Shown here one piece after another: positions 19,131 through 28,182 of a DNA stretch of 64,000 nucleotides. The position numbers and the translations under genes were made by a program. Location: NCBI GenBank assembly GCA_039799645.1, contig JBDLSG010000004.1:8369-72368 (forward strand), given 5' to 3'. This DNA is from Pseudomonadota bacterium. Lineage in GTDB: Bacteria > Pseudomonadota > Gammaproteobacteria > Steroidobacterales > Steroidobacteraceae. Below the pieces are notes generated by a model that was given only the letters and a program-made list of their open reading frames with translations, was not told the origin of the DNA and ran no database searches. Each line of letters starts with the position of its first letter. Within the stretch, counting starts at the first letter, position 1.

Positions 19131-19630
19131 GGCGTGATCCCTAGCTGCAAAGCGCCGTCTGCGTCCGGTCGCAACCAAGCTGTGTCCGCGACCCCTGCGC
19201 GCGAGAGGCGCAATTCGAACGAAGTGAATTCGCCGCTCGCATCCACGCCGATTTGTGGTGCCGACTCGTCGTTACGCGGCGCGATCACGATGCGGCGTCC
19301 CTCGACATCCAACTCGGCCGTCACGCCAGCGGGCCACGCATGACGAGCGAGCGCGTCGTCATCGGTCTGTTGCCATTGCAAGGCGCGAGAGTCGAAAACG
19401 AGAAAGCGATAACCGTTTTTTTCGATGAGAACACCGTAGGGTCGTTGCTCGATCTCCGCGCGATCACGCGCGAATAACAAATGGCGCTGCAAACGCTGCA
19501 GCTCGCCGTCTAACCCTGCGTCGCGCCCGAGCAGGCCCAAAGATAAAACGGCACCACCGATCAGCACGCCGATGATCGTGATTACCACTAGTATCTCGAG
19601 CAACGTGAAGCCGCTGAAGCGACTTCGCAT
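19127..19630 (-). CDS. gspH: Type II secretion system minor pseudopilin H
   Basis: Start ATG 19630 (MRSRFSGFTLLEILVVITIIGVL). The longer ORF to 19825 overlaps gspG. Confidence 0.85.
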   Translation of the reverse strand: MRSRFSGFTLLEILVVITIIGVLIGGAVLSLGLLGRDAGLDGELQRLQRHLLFARDRAEIEQRPYGVLIEKNGYRFLVFDSRALQWQQTDDDALARHAWPAGVTAELDVEGRRIVIAPRNDESAPQIGVDASGEFTSFELRLSRAGVADTAWLRPDADGALQLGITP

Positions 19631-19644
19631 GGCATGCGCTCGGT

Positions 19645-20106
19645 TCAGTTGTCGAGATTCCAATTGCCGATATCGTCGCCGCCGCCGGCAACATCGCCTG
19701 GAACGCCATCGGGGCCGAACGAGTAGAGATCGAACTCGCGCCCGCGCGTGCCGGGGAACTGGTACTGATAGTCGTTGCCCCAAGGGTCTTTGGAAATGCG
19801 CGCGATATAACCGCCGGTCTTCCAATTCATCAGCGACGGATCATCAGGTTTTTGAACGAGGGCTTGCAGGCCTTGCACGGTGCTGGGGTAGCGCGCGGTG
19901 TCGAGCTTGTACATCGAGAGCGCCGTTTCGATTGCTTGAATGTCGGCTTTGACCTTCGTGATGCGAGCGTCGTCGACCCGACCCATCACGCGTGGCACGA
20001 TGAAGGCCGCGAGCAAACCGATGATCACGACGACCACCATGATTTCGATCAGGGTGAAACCACGCTCGTCGCGACGAAGCGTGGTGGAATGCAGGCTGGT
20101 GTGCAC
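19645..20106 (-). CDS. gspG: Type II secretion system major pseudopilin G
   Basis: GTG 20106 lies 6 nt after GGGAG. Motifs: RGFTLIEIMVVVVIIGLLAAFIVPRVMG, ARITKVKADIQAIETAL, DPWGNDYQY. Confidence 0.9.
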   Translation of the reverse strand: MHTSLHSTTLRRDERGFTLIEIMVVVVIIGLLAAFIVPRVMGRVDDARITKVKADIQAIETALSMYKLDTARYPSTVQGLQALVQKPDDPSLMNWKTGGYIARISKDPWGNDYQYQFPGTRGREFDLYSFGPDGVPGDVAGGGDDIGNWNLDN

Positions 20107-20191
20107 GCGATACTCCCACCAAACGGATGGCCGATCATAGCAAACGGGCATGACGCTCTCGTGATTGGCCCCGCTCGCTATAATGAACCGC

Positions 20192-21130
20192 ATGAGTAGT
20201 GTCTTCCTGTTCCCGGGTCAGGGATCCCAGTCCGTCGGCATGATGGCCGATCTTGCCGCTCATCATCCGCAGGTGCGTGAGAGTTTCGACACCGCATCCA
20301 AGGTGCTCGGCTTCGATTTGTGGGATTTGGCGCAGCAAGGTCCGGCCGAGCGACTCGCACTCACCGAAATTACCCAGCCTTTGATGTTGGTCGCGGGCGT
20401 GGCGACGTGGCGCGTTTGGCGTGCGGTAGGCGGCTCTGACCCGACTTGGGTAGCAGGGCACAGTTTGGGTGAGTTCTCGGCGCTGGTGGCAGCGGGTGTA
20501 TTGGATTTTGCCGAAGCGGTAGATCTCGTTCGGTTCCGCGGCGAAGTCATGCGCGATGCCGTGCCCGACGGGCAAGGCGGAATGGCCGCGGTCATCGGCC
20601 TAGATGACGCGGCGTTGATCGAAGCGTGTCGAGAGGCAGCGGGCGATCAGGTTGCCGAGGCCGTGAACTTCAATGCGCCGGGCCAGGTGGTGATCGCCGG
20701 TCACGTCGAGGCGCTTCGCCGCGCGATCGAGGCCGCCAAAGCGCGCGGAGCAAAGCGTGCGTTACCGCTGCCGATCAGTGTGCCCTGTCACAGCAGTTTG
20801 ATGCAGCCGGCTGCCGAGCGCTTGCGTGAGCGGTTGCGCAGCTGCAGCTTGGTAGCGCCGTCCATCCGTTTTTTAAGTTCAGTGGATGCGACTGAGTATC
20901 GTGATCCTGAGCGTATTCGCGATCTGCTGTATCGGCAGCTCGCGAGCCCTGTGCGTTGGGTGTCCACCATCGAGACGCTGGCGGGCCTCGGTGTGACGCA
21001 ATTCATCGAGTGTGGACCCGGTAAGGTGCTCGCGGGGTTAGCGCGTCGAATCGACAAACGCCCAGAGTTACAGATAGCGGCCCTCGAAACCGTCGACCAG
21101 TTCGCCACCATCAAGGAAGCGCTGACATGA
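20192..21130 (+). CDS. fabD: Malonyl-CoA:ACP transacylase
   Basis: MSSVFLFPGQGSQSVGM, active-site GHSLGEFSALV. Alternative starts exist at 20183 and 20165. A TATAAT lies at 20173-20178, so the mRNA leader may be very short. Confidence 0.9.
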   Translation: MSSVFLFPGQGSQSVGMMADLAAHHPQVRESFDTASKVLGFDLWDLAQQGPAERLALTEITQPLMLVAGVATWRVWRAVGGSDPTWVAGHSLGEFSALVAAGVLDFAEAVDLVRFRGEVMRDAVPDGQGGMAAVIGLDDAALIEACREAAGDQVAEAVNFNAPGQVVIAGHVEALRRAIEAAKARGAKRALPLPISVPCHSSLMQPAAERLRERLRSCSLVAPSIRFLSSVDATEYRDPERIRDLLYRQLASPVRWVSTIETLAGLGVTQFIECGPGKVLAGLARRIDKRPELQIAALETVDQFATIKEALT

Positions 21131-21876
21131 GCTCGAACACGCCGGACTTGCAGGGGCGCGTAGCGCTCGTCACGGGAGCTAGCCGTGGCATCGGTGCTGC
21201 CATTGCCCAGTTGCTCGGCGCGTCGGGCGCTAGGGTGATCGGAACGGCAACCACCGCAACCGGTGCAAACGCCATCAGTGACACGCTCGGAGCAACGGGT
21301 CGTGGCGCGGTTCTCGACGTAGCGGATTCGGCATCCGTGGAGGCGCTGCTGACGGACCTCGAGGCGCGCGGTGAGCAGCCAGATATCCTCATCAACAACG
21401 CCGGCGTGACGCGAGACAACCTACTCGTGCGGATGAAGCCGGAGGAGTGGGATCAGGTTTTGCTGACGGACCTCACCTCGGTGTTTCGATTGAGTCGCGC
21501 CTGCATGCGACACATGATGAAGCAACGCTACGGCCGTATCGTCAGCATCACTTCGGTAGTCGGTTCGATGGGTAACGCCGGTCAGACCAACTATGCCGCG
21601 GCCAAAGCGGGGGTTATCGGCTTCACGAAGTCATTGGCGCGTGAGGTCGCGAGCCGCGGCATCACGGTGAATGCGGTTGCGCCCGGTTTTATCGATACGG
21701 ACATGACGCGGGTTCTACCGGAGGATCAGCGGCAGGCGCTCGCGACAGGGATTCCACTTGCGCGTCTGGGTGACCCGCAAGATATCGCCATGGCGGTGCT
21801 CTATCTCGTCGCTCCATCGGGCGCCTACGTGACCGGGCAGACCCTGCATGTGAACGGCGGCATGTATATGCCTTGA
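21127..21876 (+). CDS. fabG: 3-oxoacyl-ACP reductase
   Basis: VTGASRGIG, NNAG, YAAAKAG, typical FabG C-terminus GQTLHVNGGMYM. ATGA overlap with fabD. Confidence 0.9.
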   Translation: MSSNTPDLQGRVALVTGASRGIGAAIAQLLGASGARVIGTATTATGANAISDTLGATGRGAVLDVADSASVEALLTDLEARGEQPDILINNAGVTRDNLLVRMKPEEWDQVLLTDLTSVFRLSRACMRHMMKQRYGRIVSITSVVGSMGNAGQTNYAAAKAGVIGFTKSLAREVASRGITVNAVAPGFIDTDMTRVLPEDQRQALATGIPLARLGDPQDIAMAVLYLVAPSGAYVTGQTLHVNGGMYMP

Positions 21877-22014
21877 ATGGGCGATTTTCCCATATATTTC
21901 AACCACTTTGATGCCTTCGGGTGATTTTGAACCCCCCTTGGCCTACAATAGTCAGCGTCGTTGGTCCGCTTCGGGCCTGCGGCCACTACAGGTCGTTTAG
22001 AGGACACATCACAG

Positions 22015-22254
22015 ATGAGCACTGTCGAAGATCAAGTCAAAGCCATTGTCGCCGAGCAGTTGGGCGTGAAGCTGGAACAAGTGACCCCCAATGCCTCGTT
22101 CGTCGACGATCTCGGCGCCGATTCGCTCGATACCGTGGAACTGGTGATGGCGTTGGAAGAAGAGTTCGAGACTGAAATCCCGGACGAAGACGCCGAGAAG
22201 ATCACGACGGTGCAGCAGGCCATCGATTACGTCACGGCCCGCCGCAAGGCCTGA
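22015..22254 (+). CDS. acpP: Acyl carrier protein
   Basis: [18 protein letters not shown]...[20 protein letters not shown], containing the phosphopantetheine-serine DSLD motif. Confidence 0.95.
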   Translation: MSTVEDQVKAIVAEQLGVKLEQVTPNASFVDDLGADSLDTVELVMALEEEFETEIPDEDAEKITTVQQAIDYVTARRKA

Positions 22255-22274
22255 GGCCTAAGGTCCGTTACCGG

Positions 22275-22302
22275 GGCCGGCGCAAGCCGGCCTTTGGCTT
22301 TT
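22275..22302 (+). terminator. Intrinsic terminator/attenuating hairpin between acpP and fabF
   Basis: GGCCGGC-gcaa-GCCGGCC followed by TTTGGCTTTT, 20 nt after the acpP stop. Confidence 0.65.
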
Positions 22303-22311
22303 AGGGAAGTC

Positions 22312-23559
22312 ATGAGCAAACGTCGCGTCGTTGTGACGGGGCTGGGCATCGTCTCTCCCGTCGGTAGCACCATCGACTCCGCTTGGAGCGCGATCTTGCG
22401 CGGTGAGAGCGGCATCGGTTTGATCAGCCGCTTCGACACCAGCCAGTATGCGACGCGCATTGGTGGCGCCGTTCGCGACTTCGACGTCGCTCAATATATT
22501 CCGCCGAAAGAAGCGCGCCGGATGGATGAGTTCATCCACTACGGCGTGGCGGCGGGCATCCAAGCGGTTACCGACTCCGGTATCGATTTCGCCGTTCTCG
22601 ATCAAGAACGTTGCGGCGTCATCACGGGTGCCGGAATCGGCGGTCTCTCGACCATCGAGTCCGAGTACGACACGCTGCTAGCGAGCGGCAGCCCTCGCAA
22701 GATTTCGCCGTTCTTCATTCCGTCCTCGATCATCAACATGATTTCCGGGCATCTGTCGATTCGCTACGGCTTGCGCGGCCCGAATCTCGGTGTCGTCACG
22801 GCGTGTACCACCTCGACTCACGCGATCGGTCTTGGTCTGCGTACCATCCAGTACGGTGATGCCGACGTGATCCTCGCCGGTGGTGGTGAGATGTCCACGA
22901 CGAAGCTGGGTATTGCGGGCTTCTCGCAGGCCAAGGCGCTATCGCAGCGTAACGACGACCCGCAGGGTGCGTCGCGTCCCTGGGATCGTGAGCGCGACGG
23001 ATTCGTGGCGGCCGATGGCGGCGGTGCCTTGGTGCTTGAGGAGCTCGAGCACGCACGTCGTCGCGGCGCCAAGATTTATGCTGAGCTGATCGGTTTCGGT
23101 ATGAGTGGTGACGCGTATCACATCACCGCGCCGCCAGAAGATGGGGCTGGGGCAGGGCTTGCGATGCGCAATGCCCTGCGCGATGCGGCCATCGATGCCT
23201 CGGCCGTTCGCTATCTCAACGCTCACGCGACCTCGACCAATCTTGGCGATCGTGCTGAGACGGTGGCTATCAAGAGGGCCTTCGGTGATCACGCCGCCAA
23301 GCTGGCCGTGAGCTCGACCAAGTCGATGACCGGGCACCTCTTGGGTGCGGCGGGTGTCGTTGAAGCGATCTTCTCGGTGCTCGCCGTGCGCGATCAAGTC
23401 GCACCGCCAACGATCAATTTGCACGAGCCCGATGCAGAGTGTGATCTCGACTACGTTCCGAACACCGCGCGGCAAATGCTGATCGACGTTGCCATGTCGA
23501 ATTCCTTCGGCTTCGGCGGCACCAACGGCACCCTGATCTTCAGTCGCTTTCGCGGCTGA
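22312..23559 (+). CDS. fabF: 3-oxoacyl-ACP synthase II
   Basis: [16 protein letters not shown], active-site Cys in [34 protein letters not shown]. Confidence 0.95.
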   Translation: MSKRRVVVTGLGIVSPVGSTIDSAWSAILRGESGIGLISRFDTSQYATRIGGAVRDFDVAQYIPPKEARRMDEFIHYGVAAGIQAVTDSGIDFAVLDQERCGVITGAGIGGLSTIESEYDTLLASGSPRKISPFFIPSSIINMISGHLSIRYGLRGPNLGVVTACTTSTHAIGLGLRTIQYGDADVILAGGGEMSTTKLGIAGFSQAKALSQRNDDPQGASRPWDRERDGFVAADGGGALVLEELEHARRRGAKIYAELIGFGMSGDAYHITAPPEDGAGAGLAMRNALRDAAIDASAVRYLNAHATSTNLGDRAETVAIKRAFGDHAAKLAVSSTKSMTGHLLGAAGVVEAIFSVLAVRDQVAPPTINLHEPDAECDLDYVPNTARQMLIDVAMSNSFGFGGTNGTLIFSRFRG

Positions 23560-24575
23560 TGCGCCGTCTCCTCGTCGCGGTCCTGCTGAGTCTTGCGCTC
23601 GTAGCGGGCGCGGGCTGGCTGTGGTTGGGTGCTCTTCTGGATCGTGGTGGCACTCATACCGAGGTGATCGAACTGCGTGTCGTCAGGGGCGACAGTCTGC
23701 GAGGCAGCCTGCAACGACTGGCGGACGCAGGTGCTCTGCAACAGCCCCGGCTGGTCGAACGCTGGGTCCGCTGGCAGTACCCCAAGTTCATTTTGAAAAC
23801 GGGGCGCTACGCCATTCCGTCCGGAGCGACGCCTCGGCAGATCGTGGCGCAGTTAAGCGAAGGCAAGGTCATCCTCGAATCTTTGACGGTGATCGAGGGA
23901 ACTCGCTTTGCGGATTTTCGTCGCGCACTCGAGGCTCATCCCGAGATCAAGGTGACACTGCGGGGTTTGAGTGATGCCGAGGTCATGCGCGAGCTCGGGC
24001 TGGCAGGGCACCCCGAGGGCCGCTTTTTTCCCGACACCTATCGTTTCGCGGCAGGCACGTCTGACCGTGAGTTGTTGCAGCTAGCGCATCGCCGCATGAA
24101 CGATTTGCTGATGCGTCTGTGGGCGGATCGCGCGCAAGATTTACCCATCGAGACCCCCGAGCAAGCGTTGGTGCTTGCGTCGATTATCGAGAAGGAATCC
24201 GGTCTCGCCTCGGAACGACCGCGCGTGGCGGGAGTGTTCGTGTCGCGACTGCAACTCGGCATGCGTCTGCAATCGGATCCGACCGTGATTTACGGCATTG
24301 GCGATCAGTACGACGGCAACATCCGTCGCATTCACCTGACGACCGATACTCCGTACAACACTTACACCCGCCGCGGCCTACCGCCGACGGCTATCGCCTT
24401 GCCGAGTGAGTCGGCGCTTCGCTCTGCGTTGCAGCCGCAAATCACGGGTGATCTTTTCTTCGTCGCCACCGGTGATGCGGACGGATCACATCGTTTTTCG
24501 AAGACCTACGCGGAGCATCGCGTTGCCGTTCGAGCCATGCTCGAGCGGCAGGCTCGTGAGCGCGGTCGTCCATGA
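23559..24575 (+). CDS. mltG: Endolytic murein transglycosylase MltG (YceG family)
   Basis: N-terminal TM segment, LASIIEKESG motif, TPYNTYTRRGLPP. TGATG overlap with fabF. Confidence 0.85.
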   Translation: MRRLLVAVLLSLALVAGAGWLWLGALLDRGGTHTEVIELRVVRGDSLRGSLQRLADAGALQQPRLVERWVRWQYPKFILKTGRYAIPSGATPRQIVAQLSEGKVILESLTVIEGTRFADFRRALEAHPEIKVTLRGLSDAEVMRELGLAGHPEGRFFPDTYRFAAGTSDRELLQLAHRRMNDLLMRLWADRAQDLPIETPEQALVLASIIEKESGLASERPRVAGVFVSRLQLGMRLQSDPTVIYGIGDQYDGNIRRIHLTTDTPYNTYTRRGLPPTAIALPSESALRSALQPQITGDLFFVATGDADGSHRFSKTYAEHRVAVRAMLERQARERGRP

Positions 24576-25225
24576 AAGGCGGATTCGTCACCTTGGAAGG
24601 CATCGAGGGAGCCGGTAAGACGACGGTCGCTGCAGCGTTGATTGCGCTCCTAGAGCAGCGCGGTTATGCCGTACAGGCAACGCGCGAGCCCGGCGGAACA
24701 CCGCTCGCGGAGCAACTTCGCGGTATTTTGCTATCGCGCGGATCCGAGACGATTTCACCGGTTGCCGAGACGTTGCTGATGTTTGCCGCGCGGTCCGTTC
24801 ACATCGAAAACCGGATTCGACCCGCCTTGGCGCGAGGTGAGTGGATCATCTGCGATCGCTACACCGATGCCACCCGTGCCTACCAAGGTGCGGGGCGTTC
24901 GGTCGATGCGGGGTGGATCGAACAGCTAGCGAAAGAAGTACACGCCGGCGTCGAACCCGATCTGACGTTGCTACTCGATCTGCCGGTCGTGGTAGGGCTT
25001 GAGCGTGCCCGACAGCGCCGTGTAGCGCGTGGTGAGATGGTGATGGATCGCTTCGAAAGTCAGGCTATCGAGTTCTTCGAGCGAGTTCGTCGCGCTTATC
25101 TGCAGTTGGCTGCCGCTGCGCCGCAGCGATTTGTCGTGATCGACGCCACGCAGCCACTCGAGGCGGTGATCAACGCGGCGCAGGCGGCACTCAGCGATAC
25201 GCTAACCCGTCGCGGCGAGGTTTGA
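24572..25225 (+). CDS. tmk: Thymidylate kinase
   Basis: P-loop LEGIEGAGKTT, REPGGTPL, DRY motif (ICDRYTDATRAYQG). Confidence 0.9.
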   Translation: MKGGFVTLEGIEGAGKTTVAAALIALLEQRGYAVQATREPGGTPLAEQLRGILLSRGSETISPVAETLLMFAARSVHIENRIRPALARGEWIICDRYTDATRAYQGAGRSVDAGWIEQLAKEVHAGVEPDLTLLLDLPVVVGLERARQRRVARGEMVMDRFESQAIEFFERVRRAYLQLAAAAPQRFVVIDATQPLEAVINAAQAALSDTLTRRGEV

Positions 25226-25229
25226 GCTG

Positions 25230-26189
25230 ATGTTGTCGCTGACGATGCAGATTCCTTGGCTAGTCGCCGCACAGACGCAATTGCGAGATGCGATCACTCA
25301 AGATCGTCTCTCGCACGCGCTGTTGATCACTGGCTCACCAGGGCAGGGGGGAGAATGGTTAGCCTATTGGTTAGCGGCCAGTTTCTACTGCGAGCAGCTG
25401 CCCACGTTGCGCCCCTGTGGTGAATGTCGCCGCTGTCAACGCGTGATGGCCGACGAGCAGCCAGACTGTCTCGTGCTGCGCCCCATCGAGGACTCCAAAG
25501 AAATCCGTGTGGATCAGGTTCGCGAGTTGACTGCGGAGCTCGCTCTGACGGCGCATGGAGCCGGACGAAAAGTCGCCATTATTTCGCCCGCCGAGAAGCT
25601 CAATCGTGCTGCTGCGAATGCCTTGCTCAAGACACTCGAAGAGCCGACGCAGGGCGCCGTGTTGATCCTCGTCAGTGGTGAGGCTAATCGTCTGCCGCCG
25701 ACTGTGCAGAGTCGCTGCACCCGCATTCGTATCGCGCCGCCTGCAGAAGGCGTGTTGGTGCAGTGGTTGCAAAGCCAGCGTGGCGGCGCAACCGATTGGG
25801 AGCGGGTGCTGGCCGTGATCGGTGCCAATCCGCTCGCGGCGCTCGAGGTGGACTCGGCTGCGATCGTGGCGTTGTATGACGAAACCGTCAGAGCGCTCGA
25901 GCGCGCGCGCGGTGGTACGCTCGATGCCATCGAGACCGCCGAGATCTGGGGCAAGGACGATTACGGCTTGCGTATCGCTTGTATGGAGCACTGGCTGCTG
26001 CAACAGCTACGCCAGTGTGTCGCTACGGGTAAGTCGGACCTCGCCAACCGACTGCTGGAGCTGCAAGAGCCGCTGCGCGAGGCTCGTCAGTGGATCGACT
26101 CGCCGATCAACAAGCCGCTCGCGCTCGAGCGACTGCTATGGCGTCTCAACGCGGCAGGCGCAGGCGCTCCCAACCGGGGTCGGGCGTAA
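25230..26189 (+). CDS. holB: DNA polymerase III delta-prime subunit
   Basis: HALLITGSPGQGG, zinc-module CGECRRCQ, ANALLKTLEEP, SRC motif (TVQSRCTRI). Start may be ATG 25245. Confidence 0.85.
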   Translation: MLSLTMQIPWLVAAQTQLRDAITQDRLSHALLITGSPGQGGEWLAYWLAASFYCEQLPTLRPCGECRRCQRVMADEQPDCLVLRPIEDSKEIRVDQVRELTAELALTAHGAGRKVAIISPAEKLNRAAANALLKTLEEPTQGAVLILVSGEANRLPPTVQSRCTRIRIAPPAEGVLVQWLQSQRGGATDWERVLAVIGANPLAALEVDSAAIVALYDETVRALERARGGTLDAIETAEIWGKDDYGLRIACMEHWLLQQLRQCVATGKSDLANRLLELQEPLREARQWIDSPINKPLALERLLWRLNAAGAGAPNRGRA

Positions 26190-28182
26190 AGCGCGAGCCG
26201 TAACGGGCTGCCAAATCCTGCAAGCGTCGCACGCACTCATCGACACCGCGTTCGCGGGCCGCTCGCAGCGGGCCGCCACGGAAGGGCGCATAGCCAGAGC
26301 CGAAGATCATGCCAGCATCGATCCACTCTTCACGATCGACGAGTGTTTCACGCAGACAGGCGACGCACTCGTTGGCCAGAATCAGCATCAAGCGATCTTG
26401 TAGATCGGCGGGTACATCACCCTCAACTTGCGCTCGCTGCGGCTTGCCCGCGGCCCAACGATAGAGGCCCTCGCCAGACTTCTTGCCGAGCTTGCCGGCT
26501 GTGACCAGTTCCTGCAGCGGCGCCAGATCGGGTGTCGTTTTGCCGAGCGCATTGGAGACGATGGTGCCGACGTGTAAGCACACGTCGAGCCCCACCATGT
26601 CGGACAGTTCAACCGGACCTACGGGCATGCCGAAATCCATTGCAGCGCGATCGATGATCTCCTTCGAGATCCCCTCCTGCGCCGCGTGCATGGCCTCGAA
26701 CATGTAAGGGACTAAGACGCGATTCACCAAAAATCCCGGTGAACTGCGACAAGGCAACGGCAACTTGTCGATGCGTCGCGCTAAATTGATGGCGCGATTC
26801 ATCGTGATCTCGTCCGTCGAGGCACCCCGAACGATCTCGACGAGCGGCATCAACGCCACTGGATTGAAAAAATGCAGACCCACTAGTCGCTCGGGCCGTT
26901 GCAAGGCGGAACTTAATTCCTCGAGCTTGATCGAGGAGGTATTGGTCGCGAGGATCGCATCTTCTTTCAGCCGTGGCTCGAGCGCGGTAAAGACGCCGCG
27001 CTTGACGTCGGCTCGCTCGACGATCGCTTCGATCACGACATCGGCCTCGCCCACGGTGGACCCGTCAACATCGGCTCGCAGGCGCGCGATGGCCGCATCG
27101 CGTCGTGCCGGATCTTTGATGCGCTCAGCCATCTTGGCATGTTGCTGCAAGATCGCGGCCTCGACGATGGCGGCATCACGATCTTGCAATGTCACATTCA
27201 GGCCACGTGTCGCGCAGAGCGCGGCGATGTCGGCGCCCATGACGCCCGCGCCAATGACATGGACGTGCTCGGCGGCCTTTAGTGTCTTATCACCTTGGGC
27301 TTTCAGCGCATCCTGCAAAAGGAATACCCGAACGAGATTTCTCGCGGTGGGCGTAAGAAACAATTGGGCGATCGAGTCTGCTTCGGCCTCGTAGGCCACC
27401 GCACCCTGCGCGCCGTGCTTGAACCACAATTCGATGAGCGCATAAGGGGCAGGGTAGTGCTCCTGACGCGCTTTTTTGCGTACCTGGGCGAGCAAGCGTG
27501 GTTTAACAAAGGGGCGAATCGGCGCCCACGACAAGGCGCGCTGCAGCAGTGGCGGCCGGTGGGTAGCACGCGGCGTCAAGACGAAGTCACGCGCCAGTGT
27601 CTTCAGTGCCTCGGGGTCGCGTGCGAGCGCATCGATCAAGCCGATCTTACGTGCCTTGTCTGCCCGTACGTTGCGCCCTGTCAGCATCAAATCGAGCGCC
27701 GTCGCTGCGCCAAGCAAACGGACGGCGCGAACGGTGCCACCAAACCCCGGATGAATACCGAGCATGACCTCCGGCAAGCCGAGCGTCAGTCGGCCATCAT
27801 CGAGCGCAACACGATAGCGACAAGCGAGCGCCAATTCGAGTCCGCCGCCCAAGGCGAAGCCCTCGATCATCGCGACCGTCGGACACGGCAGTGCTTCTAG
27901 ACGATCGAGTACCGATTGACCGGCGCGTACGAGACGACGCGCTTCATCAACGCTACTCAAGGTGGTGAATTCTTTGATATCAGCGCCGGCGATGAAGCCG
28001 GAGGCTTTAGCCGAGCCGATGACGAGGCCGCGTGGGACGGCGAGGGCAATATCGCGCAAGATCGCGTCGAGCTCTTCGAGCACGACTTTCGACAGCGCAT
28101 TCGCAGAGCGTCCCGGGCGATCGAGCATCAGCCAGACGATGCCGTTGTTGTCTTGGGTTCGAGTCCAGCAAGTTGAAGTCAC
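26146..28182 (-). CDS. Fused enoyl-CoA hydratase / 3-hydroxyacyl-CoA dehydrogenase (FadB/FadJ-like)
   Basis: 678 aa. N-terminal crotonase fold (FIAGADIKEF, GGGLELALAC). Central Rossmann motif VIGAGVMGADIA. HFFNP motif of 3-hydroxyacyl-CoA dehydrogenases. Confidence 0.85.
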   Translation of the reverse strand: MTSTCWTRTQDNNGIVWLMLDRPGRSANALSKVVLEELDAILRDIALAVPRGLVIGSAKASGFIAGADIKEFTTLSSVDEARRLVRAGQSVLDRLEALPCPTVAMIEGFALGGGLELALACRYRVALDDGRLTLGLPEVMLGIHPGFGGTVRAVRLLGAATALDLMLTGRNVRADKARKIGLIDALARDPEALKTLARDFVLTPRATHRPPLLQRALSWAPIRPFVKPRLLAQVRKKARQEHYPAPYALIELWFKHGAQGAVAYEAEADSIAQLFLTPTARNLVRVFLLQDALKAQGDKTLKAAEHVHVIGAGVMGADIAALCATRGLNVTLQDRDAAIVEAAILQQHAKMAERIKDPARRDAAIARLRADVDGSTVGEADVVIEAIVERADVKRGVFTALEPRLKEDAILATNTSSIKLEELSSALQRPERLVGLHFFNPVALMPLVEIVRGASTDEITMNRAINLARRIDKLPLPCRSSPGFLVNRVLVPYMFEAMHAAQEGISKEIIDRAAMDFGMPVGPVELSDMVGLDVCLHVGTIVSNALGKTTPDLAPLQELVTAGKLGKKSGEGLYRWAAGKPQRAQVEGDVPADLQDRLMLILANECVACLRETLVDREEWIDAGMIFGSGYAPFRGGPLRAARERGVDECVRRLQDLAARYGSRFTPDPGWERLRLPR

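Noticed and set aside
21927-21949. Possible acpP promoter TTGAAC ... TACAAT
   Set aside because: The spacer is only 11 nt, which is incompatible with a sigma-70 promoter. No alternative -35 element lies at the correct distance.
28151-28180. tRNA T-loop-like string GGTTCGAGTCC
   Set aside because: The flanking bases cannot form a T-stem or acceptor stem. The string lies inside the FadB-like coding region. No tRNA cloverleaf could be built.
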